In this document: positions 13,111 through 26,609 of the stretch, in pieces
Numbering within the stretch: the stretch's first letter is position 1
Layout of the letters: every line of letters starts with the position of its first letter
From: Eledone cirrhosa
Lineage: Eukaryota
Direction: 5' to 3'
DNA: 64,000 bases
Assembly: GCA_964016885.1 (NCBI GenBank)
Contig: OZ024745.1
Coordinates: 89,590,001 to 89,654,000, forward strand
Notes under the pieces: model-generated
What the model was told of the DNA's origin: nothing
The model's database searches: none
Seen by the model: only the letters and a program-made list of their open reading frames with translations
Position numbers and translations under genes: made by a program

Positions 13111-14495
13111 GGTGATGACGATATGATAACAACAAGGACCACTGTAACAATACGACAACGACGACGACAACGACGATGACGACGACCTCGCTGGTGATTG
13201 CTATCATGGATTAACCTTCTTATGGAAAAGAAGTCGAAATTTTAGACGGCTTAACGCAATGAAAATACATACGGAACGAACGGAATTTCATATAAATCAA
13301 CCCGATTAAATGAACATGAGTTTTATTATTAATTACTGCACTGATGTTGACTTAATCCGCATTAAGACTGGATTTATTAATTAATTATTTTACAATGGTT
13401 ATTTTTATTGTTGTTTACTTTCTTTAAATTTGAATATTTCAGTTATCGCATGAAACCACCTCTTCTAACATTGATGTTGATTATCTCCCTTTATGGCAAC
13501 TCTTTCTGCATTAGTTACTAATGGCTACCAGTTCCTACAGCGATAAAGTCATTTTATGGTGAATAATTATTTCAAATCAAACGGAAAGGCGTGCATAATT
13601 GTTATCGTTACAAAGCATTATAATGGCGCATTTCAAATTTTAACGACCATTGTTATAATCTTTCTCCTTTCTTTCTTCCGTATGTGTATGTTAGACATTG
13701 GATGCCAGATTTAAGCTCCTACTAATGATGGGTATAAGCAGCATGCAACGAATGTCGCATTAGATTTTCAGAACTTTGCACATTTTACAATGCCATTTCT
13801 TCTTTCTAGAAAATTCTTTGTGCTATATTTTCAACTCTTTACACGAGCAGAGGCATGCCTGTATGTTTAAGTAATTCACAACTGCAACAGTGCACCTCAC
13901 TTTGGCTAAAGGCCTCCTAATGTAGACCCGTGTTGTTTAATGGTCTGCGATATCTGTTTTTAGTTATGTTTTCACCTATTTCTCCATCATTTTATCTACT
14001 TTCATTCTTTCTATTAGCTATTTCTATTTATATCTCATCATTTAATACATTCATACCGAATAGCTTCTATCTGTGTAATTTTCTCTCCATCAATTTTCTC
14101 TTGATCTCATCGTTTCACTAACTGTATCTTAAAAGGCTACCTCCATTCGTATCCTTTTATTCTTTCCTCTCCATTTATCTCACCCTCTCTCGATTTCTTT
14201 CCTTCCATTGGTTCAATGTTTATCTCCTAAATATCTTACTTGAGTTAAAATAGGATAAAGAGATATATTCTTACTATTCTCTAAAATCTCCCAATAGCTA
14301 TCTCTATCTTTTTCTCTCCTTTTTCTTATAGATTCTGCCTTTCGTCTATTTTTTTCTCCTACCCTCTCCTTCTCTCACCCTCACACAAATTCCCTCCGCC
14401 TCTCACTCTCTCCTCTCGGTCTCACTGTCTCGTCTGAAATCAGTCACCCTCTCTACTCCACTCCTCTCTTTCCTCCATGCATGCATATTTCTTGT

Positions 14496-14894
<399 letters not shown>

Positions 14895-15111
14895 GGGATG
14901 GACACACGCGTATAACTTGCTGAGTAAGTTCTGTTTAAATTTCTATAGAAATTCTTGTCTGTTAACTTTAATTTTTGTACCATTTTGTAGAGGGACTGCC
15001 AGGTCAAACTTTGATCTGGTCAGTCTCTCAAAATATTCTACGCCTTTAGGCGAAATAGTTAAACCAAAAAAAAAAAGTTTTTTCTTGTTGAAAAGTCAAT
15101 ATTTTTTTTAA

Positions 15112-16905
15112 ATGGCCGAAGCTTCTTCACCAAAATTCGAAGGAGGAAAGGGGAAGATAAACTTACAGCTTCCCCCTGCCACTGTCACAGTAGCAGAGGT
15201 CAAGAAGAAAGGTCAGCCAGAGGAAGAATTCTCTCCACCTGTTAACCGACAACTTGACGTTGCCATGGCAACAACCCAAAGAACCAGCGGCACCAGCAAC
15301 AGCAACAACAACAACAATGCGACGGACGAAAACAACACCAATAACAATAACAACAACAACAAGACCAATAACGGTGACAACAACAACAATGATAACAACA
15401 ACACCACCAACGACAACAACAACACAAACAAACAAAATTTCTCCTTCGCCGAGACGACAAGGAAAACCCTCGACTATCTGCCAGTAGATATAACCAAAGC
15501 GAAGGAGCTACTGGCAGATGCGAAAAAATATATAGTGTACGGAGAAAATGGTTCATTCACAATCCATTCCCCCCCGGAACTAAAAAGCCAGAGACTCCTA
15601 AACACGGTCATGTTTAGGACAATCTCGAACAAAAGTAAAAAGCCAGCTCAACCATCACAGAGTGAGATAGAGCTGGTTTTAAAAGACGTCATGAAGGACA
15701 TCACCTTCATTCAGAAGGATAGACTCTACGGGAGTCTATCCATTCTCATGAAGGACAGGGACACAGCAGTGAAACTGTCCATCAAACCAATCACATCCAC
15801 CGCATACACCTTCTACCCTACGTACATGGGTAGAAGAACACAAAAAATAAAAATCCACACCATCCTGCCGATTATGGACATATGGTGGGTTTTGACAGGT
15901 TTCCTGGACCTGGAGGGTGACATGTTGGTGTCCATGGGAAAGGCATCGGGTGACGCGTTTAGTGGAACGAGCCTCGAACTTGTAGTTCAAATGAGGCCCG
16001 AAAGGATCGCCCAGATCCCTGAACGCGTCATACTGGATGATCTATCCTTCATCAACATTACCGTTGAGGGTAGTTGGCCCTCGTGTTCCCTCTGCGGAAC
16101 CAGAGGTCACCTGAGGGCTGTCTGTCCCCAACTTAATAAGAAAACCCCAATCCTGCCTACACCACGAACAACTGCACAACCAACACAATCACCACAACTA
16201 CCACTACAAAAACAACCACCACAGCTCAAACCAAAACAAAACAATGTCCAACCCATCCCCTCCACTCAAAAAACAAAAACAATTTCCAAAACACCCGCAC
16301 CGCAAACACAACCCGAAAATATACCCCTCCCCTCCAACGCGGAAGATGACCCTAGTTCGTCGTCAGACGAGGAGGAGCACTTCCACACAGTCAAAAGAAA
16401 AAAAAGAAAACACACCTCAGACACACAAATGAAAACAACCCCTCCCCAAAACATGACACTGACACCAACACAAAAGAGCTCACAACAACAGCAAACAAAA
16501 AACACCACACAAAAACAAAAACATGCATACACATACATAAACACAAGAAACAAAAAACTGTTAAACATTGTGTACAACAACAATCTAATAAAAACACAAG
16601 GGCCTAACTTCACCCAGGCAGGGGATTTCCCCCACCTCAAAATGATTAAGGCCCCACAGGACACCTATAAAACTTTAAAAAACAATTTTAAAGAGGGCGT
16701 GGGTCCCCCCTGCGTCGGGCCCATTAACCGCGTCCTCCTACAAAACTATCTCACCCCCTCCCCAAACACCCACACAACTCCAAGCTCCCCAACCACACAA
16801 CACACTGATGCCCCTACACTTCCACAAACCACCACCCCACCCAACAACCCATCCCCCACCCTAATGGAAATTGTGCAGCCCGATACCCGGGACGCAGAGA
16901 GGTAA
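15112..16905 (+). CDS. LINE ORF1 protein with CCHC zinc knuckle
   Basis: 597-aa open frame; CSLCGTRGHLRAVC; basic KRKKRKH; homologous to ORF 21272-23140. Confidence 0.88.
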   Translation: MAEASSPKFEGGKGKINLQLPPATVTVAEVKKKGQPEEEFSPPVNRQLDVAMATTQRTSGTSNSNNNNNATDENNTNNNNNNNKTNNGDNNNNDNNNTTNDNNNTNKQNFSFAETTRKTLDYLPVDITKAKELLADAKKYIVYGENGSFTIHSPPELKSQRLLNTVMFRTISNKSKKPAQPSQSEIELVLKDVMKDITFIQKDRLYGSLSILMKDRDTAVKLSIKPITSTAYTFYPTYMGRRTQKIKIHTILPIMDIWWVLTGFLDLEGDMLVSMGKASGDAFSGTSLELVVQMRPERIAQIPERVILDDLSFINITVEGSWPSCSLCGTRGHLRAVCPQLNKKTPILPTPRTTAQPTQSPQLPLQKQPPQLKPKQNNVQPIPSTQKTKTISKTPAPQTQPENIPLPSNAEDDPSSSSDEEEHFHTVKRKKRKHTSDTQMKTTPPQNMTLTPTQKSSQQQQTKNTTQKQKHAYTYINTRNKKLLNIVYNNNLIKTQGPNFTQAGDFPHLKMIKAPQDTYKTLKNNFKEGVGPPCVGPINRVLLQNYLTPSPNTHTTPSSPTTQHTDAPTLPQTTTPPNNPSPTLMEIVQPDTRDAER

Positions 16906-16929
16906 GTGCCTTTTCTCTTCACCACCAAC

Positions 16930-19900
16930 ATGGCTATGCTAAGAGTAGGCTGTTTAAATGCGCGTGGCCTGGGCTCAACTTGGAAGCAAGCAATGCTTCT
17001 AAATGACCTCAGGTCACAACGTATAGATGTGATGGTTATTTGCGAGGCCCGGATCAGCAACGTGCGACAGCTGGCCCCCACCCTTGATGACTTTGAGATG
17101 CACGCATCTCTCTGTCAGCCCGGAGGTTGGGGTGGAGTTGTCGTTCTGCTGAAAAAACATCTGGGTCTCGCAACACAGATGGTACATTTGGACCCGGAGG
17201 GTCGACTAGTGGTTCTGGACCTTGGCAGTGGTAAAGGCGGAGCGTTTAGGTTGGTAGCCGCCTACGGCCCTTTCGGGTCAATGCGGCCGGACTTCTTCCA
17301 TCGTCTGGAGACTTTTCTAGGGACGTCCCGCTCCTTGCTATTAGTGGGGGACTGGAATGGTATCCTAGATGCACGCTGGGACTACGTAGGGGCCTGTCCC
17401 GATAGAGAGGGGTGTAATAGCCTCAAAGGGTTAATCGGTCGATTTGATCTGGCCGATAGATATCGACTAGATTTTCCGACTGCGCCAACCTGGACTTGGG
17501 CAAATCGTAGCGGCACATCTAGGTCGTACCTAGATAGGTTCTTAGTTAGAATTAAGGATAAGGACTTTTTAAGTTGTCCAAAAATGCGCATGGTTGGCTA
17601 TTCAGACCACAAATTAGTGACCTGCATGGTCAACCTTGACAGAACTCATAGACAGGGACCCGGTTACTGGAAGCTCAACTTGTCCTTACCGGGAAGTAAG
17701 GCTTAAAGGAACCGGATTAGCACTTTAGTTAAGGAGCGGTTGACGGGCGCCATCGTCAACAGTAGGTGGTGGGGATCTCTCAAAAGAGAGATTAGAGTAG
17801 TCTCTATAGAATTTAGTAAGGAGTTAGCCTCCAATAGAAATAGGAAGGAAAGGGATTTGGTAGATAGTGTAGAAGAGGCAATTAGAAGCGGCGACGTGGC
17901 CAGAGTGCTAGCGTCGAGAACGGCCCTGGGCCAGTTCTTCGACGCGAAACACGAAGGCTGCATCGTCCGAAGCAAAATACGTGCTCTGGGAAACGAGGGG
18001 ACCAAAGCTGTTAGCTCGGCCCGCGTGACAGAAGCCAAAAGAGGGAGCAGATCCACTATCCGGTCTTTGCGAGACCAGGATGGAAGGGTGATCCTTGAGC
18101 CTAAGCAGATGTGCGAGGCTTTTCAAAAGCACTTTGCCGGATTGTTCGGAAGGGGCGGGGGGCCGGTTGGGGACGTGGACTTCGGTCCATACCTCGACGG
18201 CCTGCCGCATCTCTCGGACAGGGAGGCGAAGTCCTGCGAGGAGCCGATTTCAGCCGCTGAGATAGAGGACGTGCTGAGCCAATGCGGTAAACGCAAATCC
18301 CCGGGTCTCGATGGTCTTCCATACGAACTATATCTAGCTATGCCGGACTTGTTCCCCGAACTCCTCGAGGCGGTCTACTGCAACTGGCGACATAATGGGA
18401 GAATTCCCTGTGCTGTGACCAAGGGCGTAGTCACGCTAGTGAGGAAGGACGAGAACAAGGGGGACGATATAAATAATTTCAGGCCCATAACTCTGCTAAA
18501 TACAGAGTTACAGATTTTGGCCAAGGTGCTAGCAAAGAGGTTGGCGCTTGTCGTGAGCAACCTAGTGGGAGATGCGCAGACATGTGCTATCCCGTCCAGG
18601 TCCATCCACGACCTCCACCTCATGCGATACATCATAGAGAGGGTTGGGAACGAACCCGGCTTTGGTGGGGCCCTGATCAACTTGGATCAATCTAAGGCAT
18701 TCGATAGGGTCGACCATGGTTACCTGGATGCGGTGCTAGCGGCGGCAGGCTTCGGACCCGTTTTCAGGGGCTGGATCAATGCCATGCACAGCAGCCGCAT
18801 CTGCTCTAGGGTCAAGGTGAACGGCTACCTCTCGGAGCCGTTCGAAATCGCGCGGTCCATCCGACAGGGGTGCCCTCTCTCCTCCCTTCTGTATGTAGTG
18901 ACTCTAGAGCCACTGCTGCGGAAGTTGGAGTTGTTGCAGGGCATCCCGTTGGAACCGGTATTGCGGAAAGCGGTGTCAGCCTACGCCGATGACGTAACAG
19001 TAATGGTGTCGACGGCCTCGGAAATCGGGGCGATCGGCACCTTACTGGAGGAGTACGAAAGGTTTACAGGGGCTAAGCTGAACCGGGACAAGTCGATCGG
19101 TCCGCAACTCGGCACGTGGAGGGGCAGATCGATGCCCTCCGATGGCGTCGTCGGGCGCTGGACGGAGGGCCCGGTGAAATTGCTCGGGGTCTGGTTCGGA
19201 CCAGACCTCCAGGTGGAGAAGAACTGGGGTGAGGTGACGAGCAGGGTGTTTGCACTGACCCAGAAGTGGGCCGAGTGCAAACTGTCCCTGAAAGGTCGGG
19301 CGGAGCTGGCGAACACTTATATAGCGTCCGTCATCTACTACCGCCTGACCGTGGTGCCTTGCCCAAGGGAAACGCTCGCCAAAATGGAGCGCGCACTCTT
19401 CCAATTCCTTTGGAAGAAGCGGGCTCCTATGGTGAGGAGATCCATCTGCTGTCAACACCCTTCGAAAGGAGGGCTGAGGATACCGTGGCTGATGATACGT
19501 AAACACGCATTAAGGCTACTCACCTTCAGGTATTCGTCTCCGGTCAACCGGTGTGGGCCCCGTTTGTGAGGCGAGCCCTTCCCAGACTCGTCTCACTCAC
19601 CGAGCTGCAATCCTGGGTCAAGCAAAGACCGAGAAAACTGGGCGCCTGGCACACCGAGTGTGCCCAGGCGCTCACGGCTCTCTGGCAGGCGGACCCGGCT
19701 GTCAGTGGAGAATCCACCTCGTCATTCTATAGAGGGCTGGTGGTTAGCAGGTGCGACGACGGAGAAGCCCTAGGCATGGAGGAAGACGAACTGGCCAACC
19801 TGTTCGGTAGGACATTCAGCCCGGGACCCATGGATAACTTCCAGAGGTCCCTGGCCTGGCAATGCTACAGAAGGGCTCTGCCCGTTCGAGAAAGGCTCTA

Positions 19901-20354
19901 CAGACACGGGCGCCCGGGTAGGGACCCATCGAAAAAGGTCTGTCCCAGATGCGTGTGCGACGAGAAAACCGTTGCACACGCATTGGTACACTGCTCGGGC
20001 ATTGCCGATCTGTGGGGCTATGTCGAACAACTGCTGTCAAGGGTGGGACCGATCCGGTTGACCACCGAGTCTATTGTAACGATCAAGCCGCCTCCCCTCT
20101 TCAAAAACGAAGGAGAGGCGGTGTTTCTGTGATTAATAGCCATGGCGAAAGAGGTTGTATGGTGGACGCGTCTGAAAGGACTGAGGTCAGACACCTTTCT
20201 CTCTGGCCAACAACTGGTCCGTTTCTTCCGATATCATTTCGGAAGAAGGATCAGGATGGAGAGAGAGGTGCTGCACCCCAGCCGTTTCTATGAAAGATGG
20301 GTGAAAGTGGCGAGAATGGCCCCGGGCCTTCACTCTACATCAGACTATAGGTGA
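16930..20354 (+). pseudogene. LINE ORF2 (APE endonuclease, reverse transcriptase, C-terminal Zn motif), disrupted
   Basis: LNARGL, GDWN, SYLDRFL, SDH, WKLN, SPGLDG, FRPITLLN, KAFDRV, QGCPLS, YADD, CPRC..HAL..C; stop at 17704, frameshift ~19520, stop at 20130. Confidence 0.92.
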
Positions 20355-20614
20355 GGAAGATGAAAGACCAAGGGAGCACCCCTTCTCTGTGCTTCTGAGG
20401 AGAAGGGTTGCACACTTTTTTCGGGGGTGTGTGCGAGCCCCCAAGGCGCCTCCTCTCTATTGAGGACTTTGTTATAAATTTTATTTTTTGTTATATTTTA
20501 TTTTATTTTTATATATTGTTATTGCCTCCTCCTTATTGAGGACGCCTTGTTTTGTAAACTCCCCCCTTTGTACTTGTCCCACTTTTGATGCCCTGGTGGC
20601 AAATAAAAGAAACA

Positions 20615-20681
<67 letters not shown>

Positions 20682-20693
20682 TAATCTAGCTGT

Positions 20694-21063
20694 CAGTCTG
20701 GTCTACTTCTTCCGATATCACTTCGGAAGAAGGATAAGAATGGAGAGAGAGGTGCTTGACCACAGGCAGTTTTATGAAAGGTGGGTGATAGTGGCGAGAA
20801 TGGCTCGTGTAAATGGGCCTTCTCTGTATATCATCCTGTAGGTAAAGAAGTAAAGGAGAGGGGAGCACCTTCTCCATGTGCTCCCCGGGCAAAGGATTGC
20901 ACACTTTTTCGGGGGGGGGGGGGGGTGCAACCCCCATCACGTCCCCTCCCTTTTGAGGTTATTTTGGATTATTTTCATGTTACACCCTTTTTACTCGATT
21001 ATATGTAAACTCCCCCTTTGTATTTGTCCCTTCTTTTTATGCCTTTATGGTAAATAAAGAAAT
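20694..21063 (+). mobile_element. 5'-truncated 3' end of the copy-2 Tx1 subfamily
   Basis: Near-identical to 26464-26827. Confidence 0.9.
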
Positions 21064-21271
21064 ATATCTATTAATATAACTGTCGTCTGTTCTACAGTGT
21101 GGATGTAATTCACTTCGCGCAGAAGTTTTGTTCAAATTTATTGCGGAAATTTTGTGAGTTCAAATTTAATTTTGATACGATTGTGTAGCTTGACCCCCCG
21201 TCTGAACTGTCAGGCGGTGGGTCAGCTCATATTTACCCCTCCTAGAGGTGAAAAACCTGTTTTAAAAAATT

Positions 21272-23140
21272 TTGTGGCAAAAAAATTTCAATCGTCTAAC
21301 AGAAATGTTAAACGCAGCGAACGAAAATAGTGGTGGGGGGACAGCGGTAAGAGTTGTAAGCTCGCACGCTTTAGTCCCCCCCCCTTCCTTCCCAACTAAC
21401 GTCATAGAGAAGGAAGGAAAAATTAAAATAAAAACAGACGAATCTGCGGAGGAAAGAAATGACGAAAACACAAATCTGGACATGGATTCCAACAACGAAA
21501 AAAAAAAATTTGAAAAATTGCATGACAATACTAATAACACAAACAAAGACACAACAAACACAAAAATAACATTTGAAAATAACACCATAACAGAAAGCAA
21601 AGCAGACGACAAGATTTCATTTGCACAGACAACAAAGAAATCTTTGACTTATATACCCGAAAATATTTCAGATGTGGCACGAAGAATCACAGACGCCAAA
21701 CAATACATAAGTGAAGGAGAGAATGGTATTTTATCGGTAAAAATGCCTCAAGAATTCACCAAAGACATTGAAAGCCGAACGGTCAAGTTCCGCACCATCA
21801 ACAACACCACAAAAAAACCTGAACAGCCTTCTCAAGCAGATATCAAAACAGTACTCACAGAAGTACTTAATGAAACCACTTTCATAAGAAAAGACAGACT
21901 GTATGGAAGCCTAGCAATTATCATGAAGAACGAATTGGCGGCAAAAAAATGTGCTTTGTCACCGATTCGTTCGAAAAATTTTACCTTTTATCCATCTTAT
22001 ATGGGTAAAAGAACTCAACGCATATGGGTGGATGCAATGATGCCAGATGTGGACTACTGCTGGCTCATAGCTGGCTTCATCGATCCAGTGAATGACAACG
22101 TGATTTCCATTGGGAAAACCACAGGCAATGCGTTCAGTGGAACAGGTATAGAGCTGGTAGTGCAAATGAAGCCTGAACGCATCGACCAAATACCCGACAG
22201 AATCCTATTAGAGGGCCACGGGTATATAAACATTAGCATGGAGGGGAGAAGGCCGACCTGCCATATCTGTGCAGGCAGAGGGCACCTGAAGGCCGCTTGT
22301 CCCCAACTCAACAAAAAGAAAACCCTGCTACGAACACCAGCTCCACCACCACCATCACAACAGATAAACAAACAACAAAACTCAGTCCCACCCAACCCGT
22401 CCCTCAGTAAAACCACACCACCACCACAACACAAACAGTCACAACACATTACCCCAAAACAAAATACAGGCCCACCCAACCTCTCACTCAATAAAACAAC
22501 ACAACCACCGCAGACACAACACACAACACAGTCTAACATAGTGACATCCATCTCCCCCACAAAGAAAACCAACACGGAAACATTACCAGCAAACATACCT
22601 CTTCCCTCCAACACTGAAGATAACCCAACGAATTCGGAGGAAGAAACGGAGTCCTTCAGACAGATTAAAAGGAAAAAAAGAAAACATGTGCAAAACACAC
22701 AAGGCCAAACAACCCCCAACCAAATCTCAACACAATCCAACAAAACAGAAAACACCCCTCCAGCAACAAACAAAACCAAACCTGCCCCTCCCCTCTTCGA
22801 AACACTCACACCATCCGAAAAAAAGACATTACACTATACTTACATCAACAGAAACAATAATAAATTAAATGAACTCATAAACAATAATCCTTCGGTACAA
22901 ACCGAAGGTGTAAACTTTGTTTCTTCAGAAAACTACCCACATTTAAAATTAATAAAGATCCCAATGAACCGCGTCCTACTAAAAAGCTTTCCCCCTCCCC
23001 TTCCCCTCCCCAACACAACTCCAAACACCCCAACCCCACCACACACTGACGACCCCACACCACCACAAGACACCCCTTCACCCAACACCCCCGACCCCAT
23101 GGAAGTCGTGCAACCCGAACCCCTGGAAGCGGAAAGGTAG
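21272..23140 (+). CDS. LINE ORF1 protein with CCHC zinc knuckle (true start probably ATG ~21305)
   Basis: CHICAGRGHLKAAC; KRKKRKH; open frame. Confidence 0.85.
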   Translation: MWQKNFNRLTEMLNAANENSGGGTAVRVVSSHALVPPPSFPTNVIEKEGKIKIKTDESAEERNDENTNLDMDSNNEKKKFEKLHDNTNNTNKDTTNTKITFENNTITESKADDKISFAQTTKKSLTYIPENISDVARRITDAKQYISEGENGILSVKMPQEFTKDIESRTVKFRTINNTTKKPEQPSQADIKTVLTEVLNETTFIRKDRLYGSLAIIMKNELAAKKCALSPIRSKNFTFYPSYMGKRTQRIWVDAMMPDVDYCWLIAGFIDPVNDNVISIGKTTGNAFSGTGIELVVQMKPERIDQIPDRILLEGHGYINISMEGRRPTCHICAGRGHLKAACPQLNKKKTLLRTPAPPPPSQQINKQQNSVPPNPSLSKTTPPPQHKQSQHITPKQNTGPPNLSLNKTTQPPQTQHTTQSNIVTSISPTKKTNTETLPANIPLPSNTEDNPTNSEEETESFRQIKRKKRKHVQNTQGQTTPNQISTQSNKTENTPPATNKTKPAPPLFETLTPSEKKTLHYTYINRNNNKLNELINNNPSVQTEGVNFVSSENYPHLKLIKIPMNRVLLKSFPPPLPLPNTTPNTPTPPHTDDPTPPQDTPSPNTPDPMEVVQPEPLEAER

Positions 23141-23173
23141 GTCTCTACACTCTCCTTTGGCTCTGCCGCCCAC

Positions 23174-26100
23174 ATGGATGTGTTAAGAGTAGGATGTTTG
23201 AATGCACGTGGCCTGGGCTCAACTTGGAAGCAAGCAAAGCTTCTAAATGACCTCAGGTCATGTAGTATAAATGTAATAGTTATCTGTGAGACTCGAATCA
23301 GCGTCGTGCGGCAGCTGGCCCCCACCTTCGATGACTTTGAGGTGCATGCATCTCTCTGTCAACCTGGAGGTGGGGGTGGGGTTGTCGTACTGCTGCAAAA
23401 ACACCTGGGTCTTGCCGTACAGGTTGTGCACTCGGACCCGGAGGGTCGTTTGTTGGTGCTAGACGTTGGCAGTAGTGAAAGTGCGGCCTTGAGACTGGTC
23501 GCCGTCTACTCCCCTTTCGGAGCTGAACGGCCCAACTTCTTCCAGCGTTTGGAGACTTTTCTGGGAACGTCACGTTCCCTGCTTCTAGCGGGGGATTGGA
23601 ATGACATCGTAGATGCACGTTGGGACCCTGCAGGAGCATGTCCTAATAGAGGGGGTGTAACAGCCTCAAGGGGTTACTCGACCGTTTTAACTTGGTCGAT
23701 AGATATCGACTAGATTTTCCAACTGTGCCTACCTGGACTTGGAGAAACCACAGTGGTCAATCTAGATCGTACTTAGATAGATTCTTAGTTAGAAGTAAGG
23801 ATAGGGACATATTAACCTGTCCAGAAATGCGCACGGTTGGCTACACGGATCACAAATTAGTGACCTGCGTAGTCAATCTCGAGAAAACACATAAACAGGG
23901 TCCCGGTTACTGGAAACTTAATTTGTCTTTACCGGCAAAAGAGATTTACAGAAACCGGATTAGCAGATTAGTTAAGGAGAGGTTGACGGGTGCAATCGTC
24001 AACAACCGATGGTGGGCATCTCTCAAAAGAGAGATTAGAACAGAATCAACAAGTTATAGCAAGGTGTTAGCTGCCGATAGGAATAGAAACGAGAAAGAAT
24101 TAACAGGTAAATTAGAAGAGGCAATCAAGAGCGAAGATGTGGCCAGAGTGCTGGCATCGAGGACGGCCTTGAACCAGTTTTTCGATGCAAAGCACGAAGG
24201 CTGCGTCATTCGAAGTAAAATACGTGCTCTAGGTAATGAGGGGGCCAAAGCCGTTGGCTGAGCCCGCGTGACAGAAGCTAAGAGTGGAAATTGATCCACC
24301 ATCCGGTCGTTGCAAGACGAAGATGGACGGGTGATCCGGGAGCCTAAGCAGATGTGCGAGGCCTTTCAAATGCACTTTTCCCGATTGTTCGGGGGAGGCG
24401 AGGGTCCGGGCGGGGGCGTGGATTTCGGTCCATACCTCGACGGCCTGCCGCGTCTCTCGAGCGAAGAGGCAGAGTCCTGCGAGGGACCAATCTCGGCTGA
24501 TGAGATCGGAGATGCGCTGAGCCAATGCAGCAGACGCAAATCTCCAGGTCTCGATGGTATACCTTACGAACTTTATTTAGCAATGCCGGTCTTCTTCTCC
24601 GAACTCCTCGAAGCGGTCTACTGCAATTGGCAGCAGAACGGGAGAATTCCTTGTTCTGTAGCCAAGGGCGTAGTCACGCTGGTGACGAAGGACGAGAACA
24701 AGGGAGATAGTATAAATAATTTTCGGCCCATAACCCTGCTAAACACAGAGTTAAAGATTTTGGCCAAGGTGTTAGCAAAGAGATTGGCGCTTGTCGTGGG
24801 TGGACTGGTGGGAGATGCGCAGACATGTGCTATCCCATCCAGGTTCATTCACGATAACCTCCACCTCATGCGATACATCATAGAGAGGGTTGGCAACAAA
24901 CCCGGCTTCGGTGGGGCCCTGATCAACTTGGATCAGACTAAGGCCTTCGATAGGGTCGACCATGGTTACCTGGATGCGGTGCTAGCGGCGGCTGGGTTCC
25001 GTCCTGTTTTCATAGGCTGGATCACTGCCTTACATAGCAACCACACCTGTTCTAGGATCAAGGTGAACGGCTACTTTTCGAAGCCGTTCGAAATCACACG
25101 ATCCATTCGACAGGGGTGCCCTCTCTCCTCCCTTCTGTACGTATTGACTCTCGAGCCTTTACTGAGGAAGTTGGATTTGTTGCAGGGTATCCCCCTGGAA
25201 CCAGGATTGAGCAAAGCGGTGTCGGCCTACGCCGATGACGTAACAGTAATGGTATCGACCGACTCGGAGATCGAGGCGATCGGTACCTTACTGGAGGATT
25301 ACGAAAGGTTGTCAGGAGCGAAACTGAACCGGGAAAAACCCATCGGGCTGCAACTCGGAACGTGGCGAGGCAGACCGATGCCTCCTGACGGTGTCGTCGG
25401 ACACTGGACGGAGGGCCCGGTAAAGTTGCTTGGAGTCTGGTTTGGACCGGACCTCCAGGTGGAAAAGAACTGGAACGAGGTTACGAAGAAGGTGTTTGCA
25501 CTAACCCAGAAATGGGCCAAGTGTAAGTTGTCCCTAAAAGGCCGGGCGGAGGTGGCGAACATTTACATAGCGTCCGTCACTTACTATCGCCTGACTGTCG
25601 TGCCTTGCCCTAAGGAAACACTCACCACCATGGAACGCATGCTCTTCCAATTTCTTTGGAAGAAGCGCCCTCCTATAGTGAGAAGATCCATCTGCTGCCA
25701 AAAACCTTCGAAAGGAAGGCTGGGGATGCCGTGGTTGATGATGCGTAGGCACGCATTAAGGCTACGGCACCTACAGGTATTCCTCACTGGTCAACCGGTG
25801 TGGGCTCCGTTCGTGAAACGAGCCTTTCCGAGACTCATCTCGCTCACCGAGCTAAGTCCTGGGTCAAGCAAAGATCCGGAAAACTGGGAGACTGGCACAC
25901 TGAGTGTGCTCAGGCGCTCAGGGCTCTCTGGCAAGCGGGCCAGGCCATCGGTGGAGAATCCACCTCATCATTCTATAGAGGGCTGGTGGCTAGCAGGGGC
26001 GATGACACCCTTGGAGAGTCGCTGGACATGGAAGAGGACGAACTGGCCAGCCTGTTCGGTAGGACTTTCTGCCCAGGACCAATGGACAACTTCCAGAAGT

Positions 26101-26609
26101 CACTGGCCTGGCAGTGCTACCGGGGGGCTCTACCCGTTCGAGAGAGGCTCTACAGACACGGGCGCCCGGGCAGGGATCCCTCAAAAAAGATTTGCCCTAG
26201 ATGCGTGCGTCACGAAGAAACCGTTGCGCACGCATTGGTGCAATGTCCGGGCGTGGCTGATCTGTGGGGCTACGCCGAACGACTGCTGTCGCGGGTGGCG
26301 CCGATTCAATTGACCGCCAAGTCCGTGATGACAATCAAACCGCCTCCCCTCTTCACAAAGGAAGCAAAGGCGGTTTTTCTGTGCGTAATAGCCATGTTGA
26401 AAGAGGTTGTTTGGTGGACACGATTGAAAGGTCTGAGGTCAGGCAACTTCCTCTCTGGCCATAGTCTGGTCTACTTCTTCCGATATCACTTCGGAAGAAG
26501 GATAAGAATGGAGAGAGAGGTGCTTGGCCACAGGCAGTTTTATGAAAGGTGGGTGATAGTGGCGAGAATGGCTCGTGTAAATGGGCCTTCTCTGTATACC
26601 ATCCTGTAG
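23174..26609 (+). pseudogene. LINE ORF2 (APE-RT), disrupted
   Basis: Same motifs as copy 1; frameshift ~23650, stops near 24259 and 24292, frameshift ~25850. Confidence 0.92.

Larger units (their letters stand above)
14894..20613 (+). mobile_element. near-full-length Tx1/L1-clade LINE, copy 1
   Basis: 5' UTR, ORF1, APE-RT ORF2, 3' UTR with AATAAA; (TATC)n on both sides. Confidence 0.92.
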
